Source: a virus (taxonomy: Duplodnaviria; Heunggongvirae; Uroviricota; Caudoviricetes). From it: a stretch of 56,223 nucleotides of DNA. Shown piece after piece: positions 21,101 to 29,680 of the stretch (position 1 is its first letter; each line of letters begins with the position of its first letter). The stretch lies in IMG/VR virus record IMGVR_UViG_3300011008_000036, positions 625-56,847 of that record; one strand, given 5' to 3'. The notes beneath the pieces are model-generated. The model had not been told where the DNA came from. It searched no databases and was given only the letters and a program-made list of their open reading frames with translations. Made by a program: the position numbers and the translations under genes.

Positions 21101-21377
21101 ATCTTCGTTTCATTATCATACCATTTAAATATAATGGATAAAATAATTTCAAATACGTTGATGGATATGAAAAGTATTGATTTTCAATCATTTTTACACA
21201 ATTCTCAAATGAATCAGATAGTAAATATACAATGTTTCCTTTCCCATCAGGTAAACGAATTTTTCGATAAAATAATTTATTAAATGGAGCTCCTACATAT
21301 CGAGCATCTTCCAATAATAAATGATCTTGTAATTCAGTGAGTCCGTAATTTAAATTTTCATAAAAAAGTTCATCCAA
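18114..21377 (-). CDS. rpoB: RNA polymerase beta-like subunit, exon 1 (spliced product 1538 aa; probably virion RNAP)
   Basis: Spliced in frame with exon 2; KRSYDPSSIG fork region; long acidic linker. The virion assignment is inference from size and strand. Confidence 0.8.
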
Positions 21378-21504
21378 TTTACTTTCACCTCTATAAATAA
21401 ATTATATTTGTAATCTGTTGTATTTAGATCTTTAATTAAAATGTAGAGCCCAACTTCACTATTGATTAAGGATATTTACTTTAGGAAAGGGGATAAATTT
21501 AAAA

Positions 21505-21744
21505 ATGGCTACAGATATAACAATTGTACAACAATCTGATTTAGATAAAGCTATTGATGAAATTGGTACTCAAGTAAAAAATAATTATTTGAAAAAAAGT
21601 GAAGCTAGTAGTACATATGCAACTAAAACTGAATTAACAAACACTGCTGGTGATACAGCACTTGAAAATAAAGTTACTACTATCATGAGTAGTTATACTT
21701 TTTCAGTTGATAATAATGGAAATTTGATTTTAACAACTCCTTAG
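21505..21744 (+). CDS. Small tail-fibre-associated-like protein (79 aa)
   Basis: SD AAGGGG; T/S/A-rich; ends FSVDNNGNLILTTP; lies next to the DGR target. Confidence 0.6.
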   Translation: MATDITIVQQSDLDKAIDEIGTQVKNNYLKKSEASSTYATKTELTNTAGDTALENKVTTIMSSYTFSVDNNGNLILTTP

Positions 21745-21826
21745 AAATTGAATAAAAAAACTATTGACATTATATACTATAATTAATAATTTATGAAATC
21801 TTAAAAAATTAGGAGGTAATTGTTAA

Positions 21827-21964
21827 ATGGCTACATATAATTTAGGAAAAGTAGTTGGACCACAAGGTGAACCTGGACCAACTGGACCTGCTGGAACATC
21901 TGCATCAGTTAGTATTGGTACAGTTATTACAGGAACTATCTGCATAAGATTCAAACTGAGTTAA
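21827..21964 (+). pseudogene. Internally deleted copy of the DGR target gene (45-aa ORF)
   Basis: First 37 codons nearly identical to the start of 22115-24193, then a jump to a GCATAA-containing homolog of that gene's 3' end and downstream element. Confidence 0.85.
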
Positions 21965-21971
21965 AGGATAT

Positions 21972-22066
21972 GTGAATTAATAATATAATGAAGCGTAGCG
22001 AAATTATATTATTAAGAGGAGAAACATGCGTTTCTCCTTTCATTATTCCCTAAATATTTTTTGATA
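21972..22066 (+). repeat. 95-nt direct repeat, copy 1 (double-hairpin element)
   Basis: Identical to 24217-24311. Confidence 0.92.
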
Positions 22067-22089
22067 CATTATCCATTATATACTATAAT
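22061..22089 (+). promoter_or_regulatory. Sigma70/sigmaA-type promoter candidate for the DGR target
   Basis: TTGATA-N17-TATAAT, 25 nt upstream of the ATG and its AGGAGG SD. Confidence 0.55.
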
Positions 22090-22114
22090 TAATAATTTAG
22101 GAGGTACTTGTTAA

Positions 22115-24193
22115 ATGGCTACATATAATTTAGGAAAAGTAGTTGGACCACAAGGTCCACAAGGTGAACCTGGAGCAACTGGTCCTGCTGGAACAGCTGC
22201 ATCAGTTAGTATTGGTACAGTTATCACAGGAACTAATGCAGCAGTAACGAATTCAGGTACTGCATCAGCAGCTGTATTTGATTTTGTGATTCCAAAAGGT
22301 GATAAGGGAGATCCTGGAGATCCGGGAACTGCAACAGCAGCTGATGTCGCATATACAGATACAAACAATAAATTTGAAGCAGCCGACAATGTAAATACTG
22401 TTCAAAAAGCTATTGATAAATTAGCTGAAGGTGGTATTGGTGGAGCAAACATTCCGATGAATACACTTACTGTGAAATTTCTTGATGAAAATAGTATTGA
22501 ACACATGGGCTCAACAATTCAAGTTATTTCAGGTGGCATGTATGATGTAAGTGATACTGTTCCACCAACTGGATATGTACTTGATGGATTAGCATCTGGA
22601 TCAGCAGCTATTACAGGAGCAATGACATCTGACAAAACAGTTATTTTCAATATTTGTGTGGACAATTGGAATTCTACTAATAATACATTAACTGGTGGGG
22701 ATGAGATTGCTGACAAATATGAAGTTGTATTTAATTATGTTTCCGGTGGTGATGGTACTGTTACGGGTACAACTACTAAAGTTGTAAGTCTTGGTGTTGG
22801 CAATTCATCAGGAACTGTAACTCCAGGTGTTGATGGAATTACATTAACTCCAAATACATTATTTAAATTCAAAAAATGGGATATTGATCCAACAGAACCA
22901 ATGAACGTAACTGGTGGACAAACATATACATTTACAGCACAATTTTCAAATTATGAGAAATACTCATTTTATGTTGATACGACAAAATCAGTACCAACAG
23001 AAATGATTGTATACCCAGGTTCAGATTGTGATAATGTTAATTATACACCTGCTGGACTTAATACTAATAATGTATTCAGTTATGGTGACTGGGGTAATGC
23101 ATTCTTTATACAAAACACAAAACCATGTATGTTGAAATATGATGGCACAGTTGATTATTATCTAAATAAAAATAATTATAATCAAAAAGAAGATGGAACT
23201 GCTCATAGTAATTTAAATAATACATCATATGGTGGAAATGTTATGATTGAATTCCCACAGATTTGGATTTGCGTTTCCGAGTTAGCTGAAGATGGTGCTT
23301 CTGAAACTAAACCAAGAATCTTTGTATCTGATATGGATATTAGTGATTCTACACATACATATCATGCATATGCTCATACTGATTTCAATGGTAATTTAAT
23401 TGATAAGATTTATATGCCAGCATATGAAGGTTGTAATGTTAATAATGTACTTCGTTCACTTTCAGGACAAACTGTAATGGTTTCACAGACAGGAATTACA
23501 GAGAGAATTTATGCTCAAAAGAATAATCCTTCAAAATCAACAATTACTGCAGTTACACAAGATCCAGTATCTTGGGATATGAGTCCATTATGTGATCATG
23601 AACTTCTTATGATTCTTTGCTTATTAATTTCGAAATCTACTGATAATCAAACAGCTTTTGGTAGAGGATTATGTTCCATGTCAGCTGCTACGAAAACAGG
23701 TGGAAATTCAAGTATTTCTGATACTAGTGGTTTCTTCTATGGTACAAATGCTAATGGAACTACACCTGTTAAAATTTTCGGTATTGAAAATCCGTGGGGA
23801 AATGTTTGGATGAGAAAAACTGGATGCGTAAGAGATGCTAGTAAAAATCTTAGAATTAAAATGACTCCTCCATATCTTACAGATCCTGCATCTGAAACTA
23901 CATTATTAGCCACATATGAAAATATTGGTTTATATAGTGGCGGAGATGGATATGTTAAAGGTTGTGTATTTAACGAATATGGAATTTTTCCAGCTGTTGG
24001 AGGAGGATCTGAAACAACGTATTATTGTGATTATCAATATGGAACAGGATCCGCTAATACCTTTGCCTTGTTTGGTGGAGACTGGGGTTATGGATCGCGG
24101 TGTGGTCTTTTCTATTGGAGCTTGGCTGATGCGGTGTCCCACGCGGGCCCGAGCATTGGTTCATCCGTTTCTTGTAAACCATTAGCAGCATAA
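22115..24193 (+). CDS. DGR target protein: collagen-like N-terminus, repeat/Ig-like modules, C-terminal CLec-type variable domain (putative receptor-binding protein or adhesin)
   Basis: GPQGPQGEPG repeats; GIENPWGNVW and ALFGGDW...SIGSSVSC typical of DGR CLec targets; VR at the extreme C-terminus. Confidence 0.9.
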   Translation: MATYNLGKVVGPQGPQGEPGATGPAGTAASVSIGTVITGTNAAVTNSGTASAAVFDFVIPKGDKGDPGDPGTATAADVAYTDTNNKFEAADNVNTVQKAIDKLAEGGIGGANIPMNTLTVKFLDENSIEHMGSTIQVISGGMYDVSDTVPPTGYVLDGLASGSAAITGAMTSDKTVIFNICVDNWNSTNNTLTGGDEIADKYEVVFNYVSGGDGTVTGTTTKVVSLGVGNSSGTVTPGVDGITLTPNTLFKFKKWDIDPTEPMNVTGGQTYTFTAQFSNYEKYSFYVDTTKSVPTEMIVYPGSDCDNVNYTPAGLNTNNVFSYGDWGNAFFIQNTKPCMLKYDGTVDYYLNKNNYNQKEDGTAHSNLNNTSYGGNVMIEFPQIWICVSELAEDGASETKPRIFVSDMDISDSTHTYHAYAHTDFNGNLIDKIYMPAYEGCNVNNVLRSLSGQTVMVSQTGITERIYAQKNNPSKSTITAVTQDPVSWDMSPLCDHELLMILCLLISKSTDNQTAFGRGLCSMSAATKTGGNSSISDTSGFFYGTNANGTTPVKIFGIENPWGNVWMRKTGCVRDASKNLRIKMTPPYLTDPASETTLLATYENIGLYSGGDGYVKGCVFNEYGIFPAVGGGSETTYYCDYQYGTGSANTFALFGGDWGYGSRCGLFYWSLADAVSHAGPSIGSSVSCKPLAA
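24065..24178 (+). repeat. DGR variable repeat (VR)
   Basis: 114 nt aligned without gaps to TR; 19 mismatches, all opposite TR adenines (14 A>G, 4 A>C, 1 A>T). Confidence 0.97.
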
Positions 24194-24216
24194 TATTCAG
24201 AGGAGTTAAAGGAGAG

Positions 24217-24311
24217 GTGAATTAATAATATAATGAAGCGTAGCGAAATTATATTATTAAGAGGAGAAACATGCGTTTCTCCTTTCATTATTCCCTAAAT
24301 ATTTTTTGATA
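24217..24311 (+). repeat. 95-nt direct repeat, copy 2, downstream of VR
   Basis: Hairpin 24222-24260 (13-bp stem, loop GAAGCGTAGCGAA) and hairpin 24262-24283 (AGGAGAAAC-ATGC-GTTTCTCCT). Confidence 0.92.
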
Positions 24312-24577
24312 TATTATCCATTATATCCATAATTAAAAAATTTTTTACCTCATAATCCCCATAATATTCATAACATTTATAATATTATAATATTATGGAT
24401 ACTGACGGTATGTCATTGATAATTGCTCATAAATAAAAATCTAATAACAACTATACATATTATTAATAGATTTCCCAAATTATTCATGATATTTTTATTA
24501 AATTTGATTGTGTTTGATAAAAATATTTTCTTTCTTATTATAATACTCATTAACTTTTTTCTTTCATCATAATATTT

Positions 24578-24607
24578 AGAAGCACGGCCCACTCATGCCG
24601 TGCTTCT
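24578..24607. other. GC-rich hairpin between VR and TR
   Basis: 11-bp stem AGAAGCACGGC/GCCGTGCTTCT with an 8-nt loop, in an otherwise very AT-rich spacer. Confidence 0.6.
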
Positions 24608-24872
24608 TATATTTATTTCTCCATTTGATAATATATACTAATATATAAAGTTTTTGATAATATTTATAATATCCAATATTCATTAAAAATAAAAAAATGT
24701 TAATAACAAAAATAACCAGTATAAATATTATTAAAACATGATAATTTGATTAAATGATTTAAATTAGAATAAATTTAAATCTTGAATAAAAATGTGGTCT
24801 TTATATTTATTAGGTTTTATTTGACGCAAAAAATAGCATATGGATTTCGTTGCTACGGAAAAACACTATAAT

Positions 24873-24986
24873 GCCTTATTTGGTGAAAACTGGAATAATG
24901 GATCGAAATGTGGTCTTTTCTATTGGAACTTGAATAATGCGGTGTCCAACACGAACACGAACATTGGTTCATCCGTTTCTTGTAAA
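24873..24986 (+). ncRNA. DGR template repeat (TR)
   Basis: Non-coding copy of VR rich in AAC/AAT codons (33 adenines); diverges from VR immediately after TGTAAA. Confidence 0.97.
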
Positions 24987-25258
24987 TATTCTTTAAAATA
25001 TTAATCAATATTCTATATCAATGATATAATTAGTTCGGTGGATAACTGAATTAATTATATTATTAATGATGAATATTTGTATTAATGTCAAATATTATCT
25101 ATACCCCTTGGTAGAAATTATATTCTCAATGTCTCTAGTAGCTCGTCGAATGAGACGACTCGAAGAATATTTGCAAATTTTCAACTTTTTACAAAAAAAT
25201 ATAAAATATTATAATATCATATTGAGTTTATAATAAACTCAATATGATATGATTTCTA

Positions 25259-25375
25259 TTATTCATTTTTTAATAATTTCTTTTGTTGATCAATGATATA
25301 TTCTTTCCAATCATCGATAAATGTTGGATAATAATTAAATGCCTTTATTATTTCATCAATTGATTTACATCTCAT
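25259..25375 (-). CDS. Small antisense ORF (38 aa) between TR and RT
   Basis: MRCKSIDEIIKAFNYYPTFIDDWKEYIIDQQKKLLKNE; hairpin just downstream; below the ORF-track cut-off. Confidence 0.35.
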   Translation of the reverse strand: MRCKSIDEIIKAFNYYPTFIDDWKEYIIDQQKKLLKNE

Positions 25376-25468
25376 GTATATGTAATATATTATATAAAAA
25401 TAATCATATTTAAACACAATTCTTTATTTACAATTAAAAAAATATTTGGAGAGAAGTGAATTATTAAA

Positions 25469-26557
25469 ATGAAAAGCTATTCAAATCTTTGGGAAAAATT
25501 TACCGATTATGACAATATCGTAAAGGCTATGCGACAAGCAGCACTCCACAAACAGAATTATGTTGAAGTCAATGTCATGCTAAAAGATCCTGATCGTTAT
25601 GCAGATGCTATATTAGATTATGTAAATGCATTTAAAAATTATAATCATATTCCTGTTGTAATATATGAAGGTGTACACAGAAAGAGACGAGAAATTATTG
25701 CTCCTGCATTTGCAGAACAAGTTGTTCATCATATGATTGTACAAGTATTAATGCCAATGTTTACACGAGGATTATACAAACATACATATGCATCAATTCC
25801 AAAACGAGGACTACATCAAGCTGCTAAACAAATAATAAAATGGATATCTAAAAATGATAAAAATGTTAAATATTTTTTGAAAATGGATATACGTAAATTT
25901 TTTGAATCTATCGATATTGAAATACTTAAAGATATGCTACGAAAATATGTGAAGGATGAAAAATTTTTAAATCTTGTATTTAAGATACTAGATGATCACA
26001 AAGGTCTTCCATTAGGATTCTACACATCCCAATGGTTCGCTAATTGGTATCTTCAAGATTTGGATCATTTTATAAAAGAAAATTTAAAGGCTGTCCATTA
26101 TGTTCGATATATGGATGATATGGTACTGTTTGGACCAAACAAAAAAGAATTACATAAACAACGATTATTGATAGATAATTGGTTGCGAAACAAACGAAAT
26201 CTTCAATTGAAAGATAATTGGCAAGTTTGTCGATTTATTCACATATCTAGAAAAGATGGAAAAGAAAAAGGAAGACCATTAGACTTTTTAGGTTTTCAAT
26301 TTTATCGTAATCGACTAATATTGCGAGAAAGTTTAATGTTGAAAGCTACCAGAAAAGCTAACACAATTTCGAAAAAAGATAGACCAACCATATTTGATTG
26401 TCGACAAATGATGTCATATAATGGATTTTTTCATATGACTGATTGTCATGATATGTATATGAAATATGTATTTGGAAAGACAAATTTTAAACGTATGAAA
26501 AAATACATTAGTAAATGGGATAAAAAACACGGAAAAGAATCTAAAATTAATTTTTAA
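25469..26557 (+). CDS. DGR reverse transcriptase
   Basis: KMDIRKFF, GLPLGFYTSQWFAN (the SQ motif typical of DGR RTs), YVRYMDD, DFLGF; adjacent TR/VR pair. Confidence 0.96.
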   Translation: MKSYSNLWEKFTDYDNIVKAMRQAALHKQNYVEVNVMLKDPDRYADAILDYVNAFKNYNHIPVVIYEGVHRKRREIIAPAFAEQVVHHMIVQVLMPMFTRGLYKHTYASIPKRGLHQAAKQIIKWISKNDKNVKYFLKMDIRKFFESIDIEILKDMLRKYVKDEKFLNLVFKILDDHKGLPLGFYTSQWFANWYLQDLDHFIKENLKAVHYVRYMDDMVLFGPNKKELHKQRLLIDNWLRNKRNLQLKDNWQVCRFIHISRKDGKEKGRPLDFLGFQFYRNRLILRESLMLKATRKANTISKKDRPTIFDCRQMMSYNGFFHMTDCHDMYMKYVFGKTNFKRMKKYISKWDKKHGKESKINF

Positions 26558-26647
26558 TATCTTATATCATTTCAACTTGTAAATAATATTACATTCGGTA
26601 ACAACAGATATGTTAAAATTATTATTACTTTTTAGGAGTGATCTATT

Positions 26648-26917
26648 ATGGATTTAAAATGGCATGTTAGTAGAAGTACAGTTGAACCTGAATTAGTTGA
26701 TGAAACATCTTCAGATAATTTAGTACTTGTTCGTAGAAATGTTCATACGATAGTTGTAAAGGATAAGATGGACGATACAGAAACTACTTTATTTGAATAT
26801 GATGAAGCATTTCCCACAAAGACAGAATATGAGCTCTATAAAATCTATCAAGAAAATATTGAAGCTCATACTAATCTTGAGTTAGCTGTTGCTGAAGCTG
26901 TAGAAGCAATGATGTAA
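26648..26917 (+). CDS. Small tail-associated/chaperone-like protein
   Basis: RSTVEPELVD...VRRNV and a C-terminal LELAVAE, resembling genes that follow tail fibres in Firmicutes phages (recollection). Confidence 0.55.
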   Translation: MDLKWHVSRSTVEPELVDETSSDNLVLVRRNVHTIVVKDKMDDTETTLFEYDEAFPTKTEYELYKIYQENIEAHTNLELAVAEAVEAMM

Positions 26918-26936
26918 TGAAAGGAAGAGATTTATC

Positions 26937-27050
26937 ATGGTAAAGTTATATGTTGATTTGATTAAAAAAGGATTAAGAACATTAGCAGATGTTCCTGAGA
27001 AGTGGAAAAAAGATGTTGAAGCTGCTTTACAGGAAGAATCTGATAAATAA
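26937..27050 (+). CDS. CD1375/XkdX-like small protein (37 aa)
   Basis: MVKLYVDLIKKGLRTLADVPEKWKKDVEAAL; not in the ORF track; its TAA overlaps the next ATG. Confidence 0.7.
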   Translation: MVKLYVDLIKKGLRTLADVPEKWKKDVEAALQEESDK

Positions 27051-27277
27051 TGCAATGTCCAAATTGTATGAGTATTAATGTTACATTGGTTGGAAATACA
27101 CACTATATTTGCAATAATAAAAATTGTAATCGATATGGCAAACGTACACAATTTTATGTAACACAAGATAAAGAAGTAAAATTTCCATATACTCAAATAT
27201 TTAAAGATAGACAACTATCTGAGTTTTATAAAAAACAATATTTGAAGATAAAAGATGTTGGAAACACTCAATTATAG
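27050..27277 (+). CDS. Small zinc-ribbon protein
   Basis: MQCPNC...CNNKNC. Confidence 0.65.
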   Translation: MQCPNCMSINVTLVGNTHYICNNKNCNRYGKRTQFYVTQDKEVKFPYTQIFKDRQLSEFYKKQYLKIKDVGNTQL

Positions 27278-27288
27278 GATTATATATT

Positions 27289-27327
27289 TATATGATGAGA
27301 CTCTAGTTAAGAGAGTCTCATCATATA
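27289..27327. terminator. Terminator-like hairpin closing the DGR-associated unit
   Basis: 16-bp stem TATATGATGAGACTCT/AGAGTCTCATCATATA. Confidence 0.7.
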
Positions 27328-27401
27328 ATTTTATTTCGTTTTTAAAGATACTCGCAATTATAATAATATATTATAATTATATAATAAATAATAGAAAGGA
27401 C

Positions 27402-28253
27402 ATGATTTGCATGGCACATTATTGTGTATCTGATATACATGGAAATATTCAAGCATTCCATAATATATTGAAACAGATTAAATTTACAGAAGATGATAAA
27501 TTGTATGTTCTGGGTGATGTTTGTGATAGAAGAGAATTTGGAATTGATATTTTATTAGAATTGATGGGTATGAAAAATGCTTATTTAATTAAAGGAAATC
27601 ATGAAGAATTCTTATCAGAATATGTATTTAGATATTATATTGAAGATAGAAGTATTGAATCATTTTTAAGATACCAATGGTTTCCAAATGGAGGAATATC
27701 TACTTACACATCATTTTTAAAATTATTGGGGGATGATGAAAAATTAGCATTGAAATTAATTGAATATATTCGAAATGCTCCACTATATGCTGAATTAACA
27801 TTGGAAGGAAAAACATTTTTACTTCGACATAATCTTGGAAGTAAAGAATATAATTACGCAACATCACATCAAATAATTGATAAGAATCAATCATTGGAAG
27901 AATTTTCAGTTTGGAATAGAAGATTTTTATTTAGTGTGCATTATGAGAATAAAACTGTAATATTTGGACATACTCCAACAATATTTCTATATGAAACACT
28001 ATTGACAGGAAATCATGGAACTTTGGATTATCTTTCTCTATTGGAGAAAGCAAAAGAATATCAAAATTTACCAAAGTTAAAAATCTTTGAATTTGATAAT
28101 CAATACTGTATTGATTGTGGTGCATCATTTCCAAAAGAATCATACATTGATAAATTTAATGAAGAAACAGGTAAGTGTGAAAAGATAAATCAACCTGAAG
28201 GTAGATTAGCTTGTTTGCGCTTAGAAGATATGAAAGAATTTTATTCAGATTAA
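27402..28253 (+). CDS. Calcineurin-like metallophosphoesterase (Ser/Thr phosphatase type)
   Basis: SDIHG, LGDVCDR, KGNHE, FGHTP, IDCG. Start moved from 27255 to 27402 (or 27411) because of SD GAAAGGA. Confidence 0.88.
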   Translation: MICMAHYCVSDIHGNIQAFHNILKQIKFTEDDKLYVLGDVCDRREFGIDILLELMGMKNAYLIKGNHEEFLSEYVFRYYIEDRSIESFLRYQWFPNGGISTYTSFLKLLGDDEKLALKLIEYIRNAPLYAELTLEGKTFLLRHNLGSKEYNYATSHQIIDKNQSLEEFSVWNRRFLFSVHYENKTVIFGHTPTIFLYETLLTGNHGTLDYLSLLEKAKEYQNLPKLKIFEFDNQYCIDCGASFPKESYIDKFNEETGKCEKINQPEGRLACLRLEDMKEFYSD

Positions 28254-28265
28254 ATTTAACTAAAT

Positions 28266-28622
28266 ATGGAGGAATTAATTATGCGCGATAATTATATGTA
28301 TGACCGCTATGATCCAATAATGTGTTATTATAATCCCATACAACTTTATTTATCGGATATTTATAAATCTGATAATGATCAATACTGTGAGATAATTTGT
28401 AAAATAAATGGAACTGCGCAATTATCTCAAATAATTGTAACATTCGATTCATTTGAGCATAAAGAAATAAAAATAAGTGATACAGGTTTAGTTACAATCA
28501 CAACTAGACCAGAACATGCTAGAGATTTCATCAAAAGTATTTTGGATGCACCTAATATAATACATAAGAATTATTTGGAAAGTTTGTTGATAAAATTATA
28601 TAGATTATTTCCAGATTTATAG
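28266..28622 (+). CDS. Hypothetical protein
   Basis: 118-aa ORF; GGAGG suggests the start is at the second Met. Confidence 0.65.
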   Translation: MEELIMRDNYMYDRYDPIMCYYNPIQLYLSDIYKSDNDQYCEIICKINGTAQLSQIIVTFDSFEHKEIKISDTGLVTITTRPEHARDFIKSILDAPNIIHKNYLESLLIKLYRLFPDL

Positions 28623-28687
28623 ACTTCTATTAAAAAGATTAAAATAAAAATTGATGGACTCTTAAATGAGTCCATCAAATATTTTTT

Positions 28688-29680
28688 TTATACACAATCC
28701 CATGTAAATAACACATCATTGAAATTTTTATTTTTAAGATTTTGCATTGATATGAAAAAATTTGCAACTCCATAGTCAGACCACTTTATACCATTTTCAG
28801 AATCAATCTGCAATAGTAAAATATCATGATTTTTATCACGTGCATCAGATTGTGTAAAACTTGGCCAACCTCCAATTCTACATCCTTTTCCATATTTAAT
28901 TAATTCATTATATATTTTATATGCAAGATCATCTATTCCGTTTGGAATCTTATTCCCAAATTCTTCTTTTAAATATTTTTTATATAATAAATCATTTATT
29001 TTTGTAAAATTTCCATCAATACTATATTCATCAATATAGTTAATATAAGCAGATTCTGCTATTTTTGGTGTTGGATAATATACACCTTTAATAGGAAATG
29101 TTCGATATCCTTCCATAGATAAGTCTTCAATCTTATTTTGATCTAATGTAGAAATTGGTACTTGTTGTAATAAGTTATTTTTATCTATATTTTTATGATA
29201 AATAACTTTACAAAGTTCAGGATCATAATCAATATTAGTGAAAAATTGTAAAATACCTGTATCAGGATAATTTTCTAATTTTGGTAATTTACCAAAATTA
29301 ATTTGAGCTAAACAAATCATAGGTTCGTCTGGATAAGATGGCCATTTCATATTTTTAGGCCAGGCAGGAACACCACCAAATTTAGTATCAAATCTTCTTT
29401 TATTATCATCATTTAATAATTTCTTTCCAGGATTTAATTTAATACAATTAACTTTAGTATCATCATATAATTTCTGCATAGCTTTTCTACATCTATTTTC
29501 ATTTTCCAATTTTATTTCTTCTTTTTTAGTATTATTAAACCATGGCCATGTAAATGATTTATTTTGTAATTGAGAAATTCTACCTTTATTTATAATTTCT
29601 TTTATTTGTTTCTTATCATGGATTAATGATTTTTCATTAAAATTTTCATTTATTTTTTTTATTATTTTCTTTTTCAGCAT
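28688..29680 (-). CDS. YwqG/DUF1963-like protein
   Basis: KFGGVPAWP, LAQINF, IGGWPSFTQ, LLLQIDS, WSDYGVANFFI, terminal WDC. Confidence 0.8.
   Translation of the reverse strand: MLKKKIIKKINENFNEKSLIHDKKQIKEIINKGRISQLQNKSFTWPWFNNTKKEEIKLENENRCRKAMQKLYDDTKVNCIKLNPGKKLLNDDNKRRFDTKFGGVPAWPKNMKWPSYPDEPMICLAQINFGKLPKLENYPDTGILQFFTNIDYDPELCKVIYHKNIDKNNLLQQVPISTLDQNKIEDLSMEGYRTFPIKGVYYPTPKIAESAYINYIDEYSIDGNFTKINDLLYKKYLKEEFGNKIPNGIDDLAYKIYNELIKYGKGCRIGGWPSFTQSDARDKNHDILLLQIDSENGIKWSDYGVANFFISMQNLKNKNFNDVLFTWDCV

Noticed and set aside
19180-21283. Short plus-strand ORFs inside the beta-like gene, and similar 60-110 aa ORFs antisense to or nested in other long genes
   Set aside because: Shadow ORFs without SD sequences or recognisable motifs.
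25469-26557. RT as a group II intron maturase or retron
   Set aside because: SQ motif, short length, no group II intron ends seen, and an adjacent TR/VR pair with A-specific mismatches.
27255-27401. N-terminal extension of the phosphoesterase ORF
   Set aside because: It spans a terminator hairpin and AT-rich intergenic DNA; the SD lies at about 27394-27400. The ORF-track starts at 199, 39269, 43294, 16729 and 48530 were rejected on similar grounds.
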